Below, piece after piece: positions 39,380 through 49,261 of a stretch of 64,000 nt of DNA. The notes below the pieces were generated by a model. That model was not told the DNA's origin and made no database searches. It saw nothing but the letters and a program-made list of their open reading frames with translations. The DNA is taken from assembly GCA_965238075.1 (NCBI GenBank), contig OZ250173.1, positions 2,464,001-2,528,000 on the forward strand, read 5' to 3'. Within the stretch, counting starts at the first letter, position 1. Each line of letters starts with the position of its first letter. Made by a program: the position numbers and the translations under genes. Source of the DNA: Candidatus Entotheonellaceae bacterium. Lineage in GTDB: Bacteria; Tectomicrobia; Entotheonellia; Entotheonellales; Entotheonellaceae.

Positions 39380-40525
39380 ATGTTCTGGCACTTGCGGAAA
39401 ATTTGGCACTTTCGGCATCAGCGCGGGGCACCGGAAGTCTCCCTGGCGGAGACGGTCAAGGGCCTGCAAGCGCTGCTGCTTGATGACGTGGCGGCGGTCC
39501 TGTCGGACACGCTGCGTCAGGTGTTTTCACGCCCGGTGAGCATCTCCGAACTCCGCCGTCTTGACATTGCTTTTTTCCAGGAGGGTCGTGAGCAGCGCGT
39601 CTGGCGCGCCCAAGCCAGCCTGCAAGACGGTGCCGCGGGTACGTTCGGCCTCATTATAGCGCGGTCTATGGGAGCCAGTCATGACGTGACGCAGCGCGAT
39701 TTCGGGCATCTGCAGTGCCTGTCCGAATTGCAGCCGCGCTACTGCGTGCGGCCTTATGTGCAAGCGACGGCACCGGTGGCCGACGGCCTGGCGGCGTACA
39801 CGGTGCAATGGTGCGAGTCGCACAAGGAACTGGTGTTCGAGGTGAGCCGCGACGGCGGCACCTTTCTGATCAACCGCCCCGAGGGATTCCGGGTCAAGCC
39901 CGGAATGACGTCAGGGGCGGCGCACCGCCACTTCAGCCTACAGGCGTCCCGCGGCGTTTGGCGGCGGATTGCAGAAGTGTTGTGCTGGTATCCGGGCCTG
40001 CGCGGCGTCAACGTGCAGGCGGGGGATTTCATCGGCCGGGTGGGACCGGACGGGCAGGTTGATCTGAAGCTGACGACGGCTCGGCAGTTGGCGGCAGATA
40101 CGTCGCCGGAAGCGCATATCGGGGCCATGTTGCGGGGCATGATCACGGCAAGCGGCTACCTGAGCGACGGGCGGCAGCCCTTCGACCGCGGCATGTCTTA
40201 CGAAACTTTTATGTTGCGTATGCGGGGGGTGCTGGAGCGGCGCTTTGGCGACAGGGCAGCGGCAATGGCCCGGCAGCAGTGGGAGCTGTTTCGGGCTGGG
40301 GCCTTTGCCCGGCAAGAGGATTGGCTGAAGGAAGATTGCGTGCTGGGAACCTTCGACCGCTGGCGGGCCGATTATCCGGCGGACGTGGCTTGGCGTGAGA
40401 CGAAACGGCAGTGGCTGGCCTACGCCGAGGCGGTACGGACTGGCCGCATGGCGCCGTCGTGGTGGTTCCCGGCGGGGGAAATTCCGGAGTTGCTGGAGTG
40501 GCTGGGGCAACGGCTCAAAACATGA
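39380..40525 (+). CDS. hypothetical protein, possible atypical protein-kinase-like fold
   Basis: Long ORF with genome-like codon use filling the pilM-hflC gap. Start uncertain. Motif reasoning given in findings. Confidence 0.75.
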   Translation: MFWHLRKIWHFRHQRGAPEVSLAETVKGLQALLLDDVAAVLSDTLRQVFSRPVSISELRRLDIAFFQEGREQRVWRAQASLQDGAAGTFGLIIARSMGASHDVTQRDFGHLQCLSELQPRYCVRPYVQATAPVADGLAAYTVQWCESHKELVFEVSRDGGTFLINRPEGFRVKPGMTSGAAHRHFSLQASRGVWRRIAEVLCWYPGLRGVNVQAGDFIGRVGPDGQVDLKLTTARQLAADTSPEAHIGAMLRGMITASGYLSDGRQPFDRGMSYETFMLRMRGVLERRFGDRAAAMARQQWELFRAGAFARQEDWLKEDCVLGTFDRWRADYPADVAWRETKRQWLAYAEAVRTGRMAPSWWFPAGEIPELLEWLGQRLKT

Positions 40526-40574
40526 TTTTGAACAGGGACGGCCGGGCCAGGATGACCTGGCTCGGCCTCGCTTT

Positions 40575-41750
40575 CTACTGCGTCCGTTCACCCATCGGCC
40601 CGCCGCTGGACGCTTGGCCGTCGCCATCCATCGGTGCCGGCGCGACTTCCGGCATGATCGCCGCCGGCTCGAGGCCGTTCGGGGTAGGCTCGGTGCTCTT
40701 CAGGCCGTTCGCCTGATTCAGGTAACGGTAAAAATCGCTGTCCGTGGTCAACAGCAGGCTGGAGTTGCTTTTCAGCGTTTTCTTGTACGCCGCCAATGTC
40801 TGGATAAAGGTGTAAAACTCGGGTGCCTGGCCATAAGAGGCGGCGTAAATGCCCGCTGCCTCGGCATCGGCTTTACCGATAACCTCCTGCGCCAGACGAT
40901 ACGCATTGGAGCGCAGGCTATCGATCTCCTTCTCTTTCTCGCCGCGAATCTTGGCGCTCTCACCGTCGCCGATCGAACGGAAACGCGCCGCAATACGCTG
41001 ACGTTCGGAAATCATGCGCTCATACACCCGCTGTTCCACCTCCTGAACATAGTTGATGCTCTTGATACGCACATCGATCAATTCGATGCCGAAATTCGGC
41101 AGGTTCTCCTGCGCGCGCTCGACCATGAGTTGTGTCAGGCCGTCCCGTCCTAGACGGACCTCCTGCACGATACTCGGAGCCATGGCCTGAGGTGCCGGCG
41201 GCGCCGGTACAACGGGCTGCGCCTGTCCCGCGTCCGGCTCGGCGTCAACCGCGGGCGCAGGGCTGGCATCCGCCGAACCATCCAACACCCGCCGCTCGCT
41301 GCCCTCAAGGCTGTCCAACGGCAGTTCGCGGTTGGAGTTGCGCACCGATTCGATCAGCAGGTGGGAACTCACCACGTCGCGCGCCGCCGAGTCAATCAGA
41401 TCGTCCAAGCGGCTTTGAGCGGATCGCTCGGTCTTGACCGCCTTGAGAAACTGCAGCGGATCGACAATGCGCCAGCGCGCCGTCGTATCCAGCTTGATGA
41501 AGCGTTTGTCCAGGGTCGGGATCTCGTCTGGTGAGCCGTCCCATTCCAGAATGCGTTTTTCGAAACGCCGCACACGCTGAATAAACGGCGCCTTGACCTT
41601 CAGCCCCGGCGTCGTGATGGCGTCACCGACCGGCTCGCCGAACTGCGTGATGATAACCAGTTCCGCCTCGTCCACTTGGTAGAGGGCCCCGCCGACCGTC
41701 ATCAACACGGCCACTACAACCACGCCAACTACGGCAACTAATTTGTTCAT
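40575..41750 (-). CDS. hflC: FtsH protease modulator HflC
   Basis: N-terminal TM, ITQFG, PGL..K.PFIQ, WRIVDP, VYERMISER, PEFYTF. Confidence 0.94.
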   Translation of the reverse strand: MNKLVAVVGVVVVAVLMTVGGALYQVDEAELVIITQFGEPVGDAITTPGLKVKAPFIQRVRRFEKRILEWDGSPDEIPTLDKRFIKLDTTARWRIVDPLQFLKAVKTERSAQSRLDDLIDSAARDVVSSHLLIESVRNSNRELPLDSLEGSERRVLDGSADASPAPAVDAEPDAGQAQPVVPAPPAPQAMAPSIVQEVRLGRDGLTQLMVERAQENLPNFGIELIDVRIKSINYVQEVEQRVYERMISERQRIAARFRSIGDGESAKIRGEKEKEIDSLRSNAYRLAQEVIGKADAEAAGIYAASYGQAPEFYTFIQTLAAYKKTLKSNSSLLLTTDSDFYRYLNQANGLKSTEPTPNGLEPAAIMPEVAPAPMDGDGQASSGGPMGERTQ

Positions 41751-41763
41751 TGCATCATCTCCT

Positions 41764-42789
41764 CTACTTGGCGACCGGGCTGGTTACCGTGGCGGGCGTG
41801 TTACCACGCTGGAGATCAAGGAAGGGCAACAGGGAAGATTGCTGTTTAGCGTCAAACACGAACACCTGTCTGACCTCGGGCAGAACGTCCTGCATCGTTT
41901 CCAGATAGAGGCGGCGGCGAGTAACGTCCGGAGCTTTCCGGTATTCGGTGAGCACGGCGTTGAAGCGGGCCACGTCGCCCTTGGCGGAATTGACGCGCTG
42001 GATGGCATAACCCTCCGCCTTGGCGATGGTGCGGTCTGCTTCGCCCCGTTCGCGCGGCACCTCCTGGTTGTACTCCTGCCGCGCCTGATTGATCTTCCTC
42101 TCCTGCTCCTGCTGCGCCTCGTTTACCTCGTTGAAGGCGCGCTTGACGGCGTCGGAAGGGGGCGTAACGTTCTGCATCTTCACCGCCTCGACGTGCAGGC
42201 CGGTTTCGTAGAGGTCCAGCAGTTCCTGCATTTTCTCCTCCACCTCGCTGGCGATCTCTATGCGGCGCTCGGTCAGCACCTCGGTGACGGTGTGATCGCC
42301 GACCACCGTGCGCATGACGATTTGGGCCACGTCGCGCAAAGCCGGCACCGGGTCGCGGTTGGCGAACAGGAACTTCACCGGATCGGCGATGCGGTATTGG
42401 ACGATCCACTCAACATCGGCCACGTTGAGGTCGCCGGTGAGCATGATGGCCTCTTCAGGGTATGAGCGCGGGCTGAAACGCGTTCGCACCCCCGGCTCTT
42501 CCGTGCGGAAACCGAATTCCTCCTTGTGGATGCGCTCCACCTTTACCTTGCTGACGGTTTCCACGCCAAACGGTAATTTATAGCGCAGCCCCGGGTCTTC
42601 GAGGCGGACGTACCTGCCAAAGCGTTGAACGACCGCGACTTCGTCGGCCTCGATCGTGTAAAAAACCGTCAAGAGAATGCTCAGAGCGACCAATACCAGG
42701 ACGCCGATAATGACTAGTCCCTTTGGGGGACGGGGGATGTTGCCGTCAAACGACAGTTCACGATCCAGACCATCATTGTCTCCTTGCAT
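41764..42789 (-). CDS. hflK: FtsH protease modulator HflK
   Basis: VVQRFG, MLTGDLN, VQYRI, AFNEV, A.GD..RF, VTRRRLYLETMQ. Confidence 0.95.
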   Translation of the reverse strand: MQGDNDGLDRELSFDGNIPRPPKGLVIIGVLVLVALSILLTVFYTIEADEVAVVQRFGRYVRLEDPGLRYKLPFGVETVSKVKVERIHKEEFGFRTEEPGVRTRFSPRSYPEEAIMLTGDLNVADVEWIVQYRIADPVKFLFANRDPVPALRDVAQIVMRTVVGDHTVTEVLTERRIEIASEVEEKMQELLDLYETGLHVEAVKMQNVTPPSDAVKRAFNEVNEAQQEQERKINQARQEYNQEVPRERGEADRTIAKAEGYAIQRVNSAKGDVARFNAVLTEYRKAPDVTRRRLYLETMQDVLPEVRQVFVFDAKQQSSLLPFLDLQRGNTPATVTSPVAK

Positions 42790-43055
42790 CTCGATTTCTC
42801 CTTCCTGAGCCGATGCCGTGCGGGCTCTGGCGCTGCCATCGTCAGTTACCCCACCCGAATGGTAACGCGCCGCAAATTATCAGGGTTTCGATGCGGTAGA
42901 GTATACGGGAAAATGTTCAGGGCGGCACGGCGATCGCCCTCACGTTGCCCGGTCCGGCGTGTTGACGCTGTGCCGGGCATCAAGTACGATGCCGTCCCTG
43001 CATTCTTGTCGTTCTTCCCGACGACCTTTCAGCCTTGGCCCAGCAGGCTTTGAGC

Positions 43056-43652
43056 ATGCAAAACGAAGAAGTAGAGGTCAAGTTTGTCCTTGATGACTTG
43101 GCGGCCATGCGCCAGTGCGTTGTCGATATGGGCGCGGTCCTCAAAACTCCCCGCACGTACGAAAACAACATCACGTACGACACCGCTGAGGGTCGGTTGC
43201 GGCAGGGCGGCCGACTGCTGCGTCTGCGGCGTGACCGACGCAACGTGCTGACCTACAAGGAACCGTTGCCGCGCGAGGACGCCGATTTCAAGGTGCGGCA
43301 GGAGTTCGAGGTGGAGGTGAGCGACTTCGCGCAGGCGCAGTCCATCGTCGAAAGGCTCGGGTTCGAGGCGTCGATGCGCTACGAGAAGTACCGCGAGACG
43401 TTCACCTGTGAGGGCGCCGAGATCGTTCTGGACGAGTTGCCGGTGGGAAACTTCATGGAGATCGAGGCGACACGCGAGCAGATTCGCGCCATCACGGCCG
43501 CCTTGGGCCTCGACTTTGCCGACCGGCTGCGCGGCAGTTACGGCGACATCCTTGAAGCCGTTTGCGCCGCGTACGCCCTGCCGTTGAGCGACATGACGTT
43601 CGACAACTTCCGCCATCTGACCATCGATCTGCACGCCTGCCGCCTGACGTAA
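43056..43652 (+). CDS. CYTH domain protein (class IV adenylate cyclase / triphosphate tunnel family)
   Basis: EVEVKF (ExExK), LLRLR, LTYK, YEKYRE, FMEIE. Confidence 0.9.
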   Translation: MQNEEVEVKFVLDDLAAMRQCVVDMGAVLKTPRTYENNITYDTAEGRLRQGGRLLRLRRDRRNVLTYKEPLPREDADFKVRQEFEVEVSDFAQAQSIVERLGFEASMRYEKYRETFTCEGAEIVLDELPVGNFMEIEATREQIRAITAALGLDFADRLRGSYGDILEAVCAAYALPLSDMTFDNFRHLTIDLHACRLT

Positions 43653-43675
43653 CACCACCGCCTTTCGGAGTCCCC

Positions 43676-44467
43676 ATGAAACCCCGCGTGTTGGTTCTGT
43701 CCGGTTGCGGCATCAATTGCGAGCGCGAGACGGCGCATGCCTTCAGCCTGCCGACGGTCGGCGGCGAGGCAGTCTGCGTACATCTGAACGACCTCATCGC
43801 GCAACCCGACCGACTCGACGGCTTCCACATCATGGTCATTCCCGGCGGCTTTGCCTTTGGCGACGACATCTCTGCCGGCATCGTCCTCGCCACGCGGCTG
43901 CGCTACCGGCTGGAGCGGCCCTTGAGCAGGTTTTTGGGGGATGGTAAGCTGCTGCTCGGCATCTGCAACGGGTTTCAAGTCCTTGTCCGCCTTGGTGTTC
44001 TGCCTGCTGCAAAGGGCCAGAAATGGGACCAGGAAGCCACCCTGACCACCAACGATTCGGGAAAATTCGAGGACCGTTGGGTGTACCTGCAAATCGATCC
44101 CGCTTGCCCCTCTCCCTTTGTGCAAGGCATCGACCGCCTCTACCTGCCGGTACGCCATGGCGAGGGCAAGTTTCTGACGCGGGATGACGACGTTTTGTGC
44201 GCCTTGCGGACGAATCACCAGATCGCCGCCCGCTACATCGGACCAGACGGCGACGCGGCACCCTATCCCTGGAATCCCAACGGCTCGGTCGACGACGTGG
44301 CCGCGGTATGCGATCCGAGCGGTCGGGTGTTCGGCCTCATGCCGCATCCGGAAGCCTATACGCACCGGACCCACCATCCCCGCTGGACGCGCGAATCGCT
44401 GCCGGAAGAGGGGCAGGGGGTGGCGATCTTCCGCAACGCCGTCGCCTTTGCCCGTACCCACCTGTGA
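43676..44467 (+). CDS. purQ: phosphoribosylformylglycinamidine synthase glutaminase subunit
   Basis: GINCE, PGGFAFGD, GICNGFQ, HGEG, NPNGS, GLMPHPE. Confidence 0.95.
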   Translation: MKPRVLVLSGCGINCERETAHAFSLPTVGGEAVCVHLNDLIAQPDRLDGFHIMVIPGGFAFGDDISAGIVLATRLRYRLERPLSRFLGDGKLLLGICNGFQVLVRLGVLPAAKGQKWDQEATLTTNDSGKFEDRWVYLQIDPACPSPFVQGIDRLYLPVRHGEGKFLTRDDDVLCALRTNHQIAARYIGPDGDAAPYPWNPNGSVDDVAAVCDPSGRVFGLMPHPEAYTHRTHHPRWTRESLPEEGQGVAIFRNAVAFARTHL

Positions 44468-44511
44468 CGCTCCGCAACCCTCTGGTCGTAAATGACGATC
44501 TGCAATAAAGG

Positions 44512-45972
44512 ATGAAGTCTGTGACACGCCCCACCTCTGATTACCAGGATTACGTGAATCCCTTGGTAGACCGCTATGCCAGCCAGGACATGAGCCACCT
44601 CTTCTCGCCGCAATACAAGTTTCAGACCTGGCGCCGCCTGTGGGTGGCGCTCGCCGAGGCCGAGGCGGAGGTGGGACTGAACATCAGCCAGGCGCAGATC
44701 GAGGAGTTGCGGGCGCACGTCGAGGACATCAACTTCGAGGTGGCCGAGGCTCAGGAAAAAATTCTGCGGCACGACGTCATGGCGCACATCCATGCCTACG
44801 GCGCCCAGTGTCCGCAGGCGCGCGGCATCATCCACCTGGGCGCCACCAGCGCCTTCGTGGGCGACAACACCGATCTCATCCAGATGCGCGCCGCGCTGGA
44901 ACTGATCCGTACCCGCCTGGTCAACGTCATGGACGCCCTGGCGCAGTTTGCCGCCGCGCACCGGGACGTGGTGACGCTGGGGTACACGCATTTCCAGCCC
45001 GCCCAGTTGACCACCGTGGGCCGCCGCGCCGTGTTGTGGCTGCAGGACTTGACGTTCGACCTTGAGGACCTGGAGCACGTGCTGGCGACGCTGCACTTTC
45101 GAGGCGCCAAGGGCGCGACGGGTACGCAGGCCAGTTTCATGCGTCTGTGCAACGATGATGCCGACAAGGTGAAGGCTATCGACCAGCGCGTGGCGGAGAA
45201 AATGGGTTTCGAGCGTACCCTGCCGGTGACCGGCCAGACGTACCCGCGCAAATACGACAGCCGGGTGCTGGGCGTGCTGGCGGCGGTGGCGCAATCGGCG
45301 CACAAGTTCAGCAACGATGTGCGGTTGTCTCAGAGCCTCAGCGAGATGGAAGAACCCTTCGGCAGCTCGCAGGTCGGCTCATCGACCATGGCGTACAAGC
45401 GCAACCCGACGCGCAGCGAGCGCATCGCGGCGCTGTCGCGGCACGTGATCTGCAACAGCCTCAACCCGGCGCTCACCGCGGCCGGGCAGTGGTTCGAGCG
45501 CACCATTGACGATTCCGCCAACAAGCGCCTGAGTATTCCGGAAGCCTTCCTGGCGACGGACGCCATCCTGGTGCTGTACCAGGAAATCGCCGCCGGTCTC
45601 ACGGTCTATCCGGCCGTGATGGCCCGCCGGGTGGCCGATCACCTGCCCTTTCTAGTGACGGAAAATATCATGATGGAGGGCGTCGTTAAGGCCGCCGGCG
45701 ACCGCCAGATGCTGCACGAAAAGATTCGCCAGCACGCGATGGAAACGTGGCATCACATGCGCGTCGACGGCGGCCAGAACGACCTGCTCGGACGCCTGCG
45801 CGACGACCCGGCCTTCGAGGCGGTGCGGGCGCAGATACCCGACGCCCCGACGCCCCATGCCTACACGGGCCGGGCGATGCAGCAGGTCGATGAGTTTCTT
45901 GAAACGGTGTATCAACCCATCCGTGAGCGGCATGGCGCCCTGCTTGGCGCCGTTGTTGAAACGCACGTGTAA
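44512..45972 (+). CDS. purB: adenylosuccinate lyase
   Basis: RHDVMAH, HLGATS, TLGYTHFQPAQ, GSSTMAYKRNP. Confidence 0.96.
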   Translation: MKSVTRPTSDYQDYVNPLVDRYASQDMSHLFSPQYKFQTWRRLWVALAEAEAEVGLNISQAQIEELRAHVEDINFEVAEAQEKILRHDVMAHIHAYGAQCPQARGIIHLGATSAFVGDNTDLIQMRAALELIRTRLVNVMDALAQFAAAHRDVVTLGYTHFQPAQLTTVGRRAVLWLQDLTFDLEDLEHVLATLHFRGAKGATGTQASFMRLCNDDADKVKAIDQRVAEKMGFERTLPVTGQTYPRKYDSRVLGVLAAVAQSAHKFSNDVRLSQSLSEMEEPFGSSQVGSSTMAYKRNPTRSERIAALSRHVICNSLNPALTAAGQWFERTIDDSANKRLSIPEAFLATDAILVLYQEIAAGLTVYPAVMARRVADHLPFLVTENIMMEGVVKAAGDRQMLHEKIRQHAMETWHHMRVDGGQNDLLGRLRDDPAFEAVRAQIPDAPTPHAYTGRAMQQVDEFLETVYQPIRERHGALLGAVVETHV

Positions 45973-46006
45973 ACCCAGACCGGCGCTATCCGGGAGTGGC
46001 AACGAC

Positions 46007-47278
46007 ATGCTGGACATCCGATTCATCCGTGAGCAGCCCGACATCGTTCAAGCCGGTGCGCGCAAGAAGCGCATCGACCTTGACATCCAGCAATTGCTTA
46101 AGGTGGACGAGCAGCGGCGGCGCCTGCTGGGCCGGGTCGAGCACCTGAAGGCGCAGCGCAACAAGATGTCCAGGGAGATCGCCACGCTGCAAGAGGAGGC
46201 CAAGCAGGCGGCGATCGCCACGATGAAGGAGGTGGCAGCGGAGAGCAAGGGCCTGGAGGGGGCGCTGCGGGACGCGGAGGCGGCTTACGAGGCGTTGATG
46301 CTGCGGGTTCCGAACGTGCCCGCGGACGACGTGCCCGAGGGAGAAACAGACGCCGACAACGTCGTTATCAAGACCTGGGGCGAGCCGCCGAACTTCGACT
46401 TTACGCCGTTCGATCACGTCGAGCTTGGCGAGCGGCTGGATATCATCGACATTCCCAGGGCCGTCAAGCTGGCCGGCGCCCGCACTTATTTCCTGAAGAA
46501 TGCCGGCGCGCTCCTCGAACAGGCAGTTCTGCAGTTCGCGCTGTACCACATGGTGCGCAAGGGTTTCGCGCCCTTCCTGGTGCCGCACCTGGTGAAGGAC
46601 GAGCCGATGGTGGGCACGGCGTATTTTCCCGTCGGCCAGGAGCAGACGTACCGCCTGCCGGAGGACAACGTGAATCTCATTGGCACCGCCGAGGTTCCGC
46701 TTACCGCATACCGCGCCAACGAAATTCTCGCGGAGAGCGACCTGCCGAACTACTCGGTGGGGCTTTCGAGCTGCTACCGCCGCGAGGCCGGGACTTACGG
46801 CAAGGACACGCGCGGGCTGTTTCGCATTCATCAGTTCCAAAAGGTGGAGCAGGTGGTGCTGTGCGCCAATGACTCAGTGGTTTCAGCGCGGGAGCACGAG
46901 TACATTCTGGGCAACGCCGAGGAAATTCTGCAGGCGCTGGGCCTGCCGTACCGGGTCGTGCTGGTGTGCGGCGGCGACCTGGGCGTGCCGCAGGTGAAGA
47001 AATACGACATCGAAACCTGGATGCCGGGGCGACAGGCTTACAGCGAAACGCATTCGGCGTCGAAGTTTCACGACTTCCAGGCGCGCCGCCTGAACCTGCG
47101 CTACCGCACCAAGGAAGGCGCGCTGCGCTTCGTCCACACCCTGAACAACACGGTGGTCGCCTCGCCACGCATCCTCATCCCGCTGCTGGAGGTGCATCAG
47201 CGGGCCGATGGCAGTGTGGCGATTCCAGAGGTCTTGCAGCCGTTTATGGGGGGGATGGAAGTCATCGAGAAGCGTTAA
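46007..47278 (+). CDS. serS: serine-tRNA ligase
   Basis: MLDIRFIR, GTAEVPL, CYRREAG, RIHQFQKVEQ, HTLNNT. Confidence 0.97.
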   Translation: MLDIRFIREQPDIVQAGARKKRIDLDIQQLLKVDEQRRRLLGRVEHLKAQRNKMSREIATLQEEAKQAAIATMKEVAAESKGLEGALRDAEAAYEALMLRVPNVPADDVPEGETDADNVVIKTWGEPPNFDFTPFDHVELGERLDIIDIPRAVKLAGARTYFLKNAGALLEQAVLQFALYHMVRKGFAPFLVPHLVKDEPMVGTAYFPVGQEQTYRLPEDNVNLIGTAEVPLTAYRANEILAESDLPNYSVGLSSCYRREAGTYGKDTRGLFRIHQFQKVEQVVLCANDSVVSAREHEYILGNAEEILQALGLPYRVVLVCGGDLGVPQVKKYDIETWMPGRQAYSETHSASKFHDFQARRLNLRYRTKEGALRFVHTLNNTVVASPRILIPLLEVHQRADGSVAIPEVLQPFMGGMEVIEKR

Positions 47279-47298
47279 CGGATGATTGAAACGCCCGC

Positions 47299-48102
47299 CT
47301 AGAAACCGCCGCCGTCCGGCAGGAGGGGATTCGGCACGGGGGTGCTGGTGTACAGCACGACGACCTGCCCTTGAATCTCGTCCTGGTGCGCTTCCAGCGC
47401 CACCCGGTACCTGTCTCCCGATTTATTCCAGAACGCCTTGCCGCCACGGCGCATGAGGAACAGGAACCGCTCCTGCGCCTCGGGTGGGACGTCCAACTGC
47501 TGCATCAAGTCGTTGAGTTGCTCGGACGCCAGTGCGAATTGCTCGCTTTGCGGGTAAAGCGCCGCGACGCGTTCCAGCGACTGACCGCGTGGATGGAAGA
47601 GGGCGATCAACGTCTGCCCTTGGCCGGCCTGCTTGTCGACCTGGTAATAACGCAGCACGCGGCGTTTGGCACCGGGTGTGAGGGGCTGGAAAAGCAGCGC
47701 CTCGTAGGTGGCACCGGCTTGTTCGAACTGTACGTCGTCATAAGGCGGGTCGAAAAAGAGGTCGAAAACCTCGGCGTCGAAGGCCAATTCGATCCAGTAC
47801 GAACCGGGGGGCAGGGTCAGGCGCAGGGGGGTCTTGCCGCGATAGGCATCCCGATTGCTGTTGTGCGACGGGACTTCCTCAGGATCGTAAGGCTGCACGT
47901 AGACGTCCGCGGCTTCGGGAATCGAGGTCACCCATATCTCGTCCGCCGCCGCCTGCACGGGCATGCCGGTAGGCATCGGCTCGTTGAAGTCGTAGGACTG
48001 ATACAGGGCCTCGCAGCCACCCAACAACACGGCAACCACGGCAACAAGGCATACCGGCCAGCACGTTTTGAAGCGACTGAGGGTATTCATGCCCGCCTTC
48101 AT
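47299..48102 (-). CDS. hypothetical lipoprotein with PEGA-like domain
   Basis: Lipobox LLGGC; VTSIPEAADVYV...GKTPLRLTLPPGSYWIEL resembles PEGA. Confidence 0.7.
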   Translation of the reverse strand: MKAGMNTLSRFKTCWPVCLVAVVAVLLGGCEALYQSYDFNEPMPTGMPVQAAADEIWVTSIPEAADVYVQPYDPEEVPSHNSNRDAYRGKTPLRLTLPPGSYWIELAFDAEVFDLFFDPPYDDVQFEQAGATYEALLFQPLTPGAKRRVLRYYQVDKQAGQGQTLIALFHPRGQSLERVAALYPQSEQFALASEQLNDLMQQLDVPPEAQERFLFLMRRGGKAFWNKSGDRYRVALEAHQDEIQGQVVVLYTSTPVPNPLLPDGGGF

Positions 48103-48133
48103 GATTTTACCTGGAGCGTTTTCGGATCATAAA

Positions 48134-48227
48134 CTCTCCCCGTGAAGGGGGAGGGAACCAGAGGACTAATCCTCTCCCACGAAGAGGGTTTCACTCCCTC
48201 TCTCCTGGAGGGAGGGGGGTGAGGTGA
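48134..48227. repeat. cluster of degenerate CCCTC(T)CCC..GGGAGGG palindromes
   Basis: CTCTCCCCGTGAAGGGGGAGGG, CCTCTCCCACGAAGAGGG and CTCCCTCTCTCCTGGAGGGAGGGGGGTGAGG; similar to the element at 9644-9675. Confidence 0.55.
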
Positions 48228-48273
48228 GACACGACCCGGTTCCTTCACGATTCAATCCGATACGGAAAATGCT

Positions 48274-49257
48274 CTACGTTTTCTGTTCGTACACCTCGGG
48301 ATTGACCACGTGCTGCGGCCGCTCGCCTTGCAGCACGGCGAGCGCGCTTTGCGCCGCCATCACCGCCATGCGTGTACGGCTGGCAACCGAGGCGCTGCCG
48401 ATGTGCGGCAGCAGAACGACGTTCTCCAAGTCCTTCAACGCCTGTGGTACCTCGGGCTCCTGCTCGAAGACGTCGAGCCCCGCGCCGGCGATCCACTGTT
48501 CCCGCAACGCACGGACCACCGCCGCTTCGTCAACGACCGGCCCCCGCGACGTGTTGATGAGGTAGGCCGTCGGCTGCATCATGCGCAGTTCCTTTTCACC
48601 GATGAGATGTCGGGTCTCGGCGGTGAGCGGCGTGTGCACGCTGACAAAATCGGCCTTTTGCAGAAGCGTTTCCAACTCCACCCAGGTGGCGCCGAGTTCG
48701 GATTCCAGGGCTTCCGGCAGGCGCTGCCGGTTGTGGTAGAGGATCGTCATGCCGAAGCCGCGGGCGCGCCGCGCCACCGCTTGCCCAATGCGCCCCATGC
48801 CCACAATGCCAAGGGTGCGGCCATGCACGTCGTTGCCCAGCAGGAGCAGCAGGCGCCACTCCTTCCATTTGCCGGCGCGGATATAGCGGTCCGCCTCGGG
48901 AATGCGCCGCGCGATGCTGAACAGCAGACCCCACGTCAGGTCAGCGGTGGATTCGGTGACGACGCCCGGTGTGTTGGTGATCACCACGCCCCGCCGGGTC
49001 GCCGCCGGCACGTCCACGTTGTCGTAACCCGCCGCCACGTTTGCCACTACCTTCAGGTCGGCGCCCGCTTTCAGGAGCGCCGCATCGATGGTGTCGGTGA
49101 CCACGCAAATCACCCCGTCCATACCGGTGACGGCTTGGCGCAGGGTTGCCGCATCGAGGGGCCGGTCCAGGGGGGTGAAGTGAACGTCGCAGGCCTGTCG
49201 GGCAATCGCGACGGCTTCCTCGGGCAGCTTGTGGGTGATGAGTACGCGGGGTGTCAT
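48274..49257 (-). CDS. D-glycerate dehydrogenase / glyoxylate reductase (D-2-hydroxyacid dehydrogenase)
   Basis: AGYDNVD, NTPGV, GMGRIG, INTSRG, LDVFEQEP, LPHIGSA. Confidence 0.93.
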   Translation of the reverse strand: MTPRVLITHKLPEEAVAIARQACDVHFTPLDRPLDAATLRQAVTGMDGVICVVTDTIDAALLKAGADLKVVANVAAGYDNVDVPAATRRGVVITNTPGVVTESTADLTWGLLFSIARRIPEADRYIRAGKWKEWRLLLLLGNDVHGRTLGIVGMGRIGQAVARRARGFGMTILYHNRQRLPEALESELGATWVELETLLQKADFVSVHTPLTAETRHLIGEKELRMMQPTAYLINTSRGPVVDEAAVVRALREQWIAGAGLDVFEQEPEVPQALKDLENVVLLPHIGSASVASRTRMAVMAAQSALAVLQGERPQHVVNPEVYEQKT

Positions 49258-49261
49258 GCGC

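Noticed and set aside
43056-43652. CYTH protein as an adenylate cyclase signalling system
   Set aside because: Most CYTH proteins are triphosphatases, and nothing in the sequence or context supports a signalling role.
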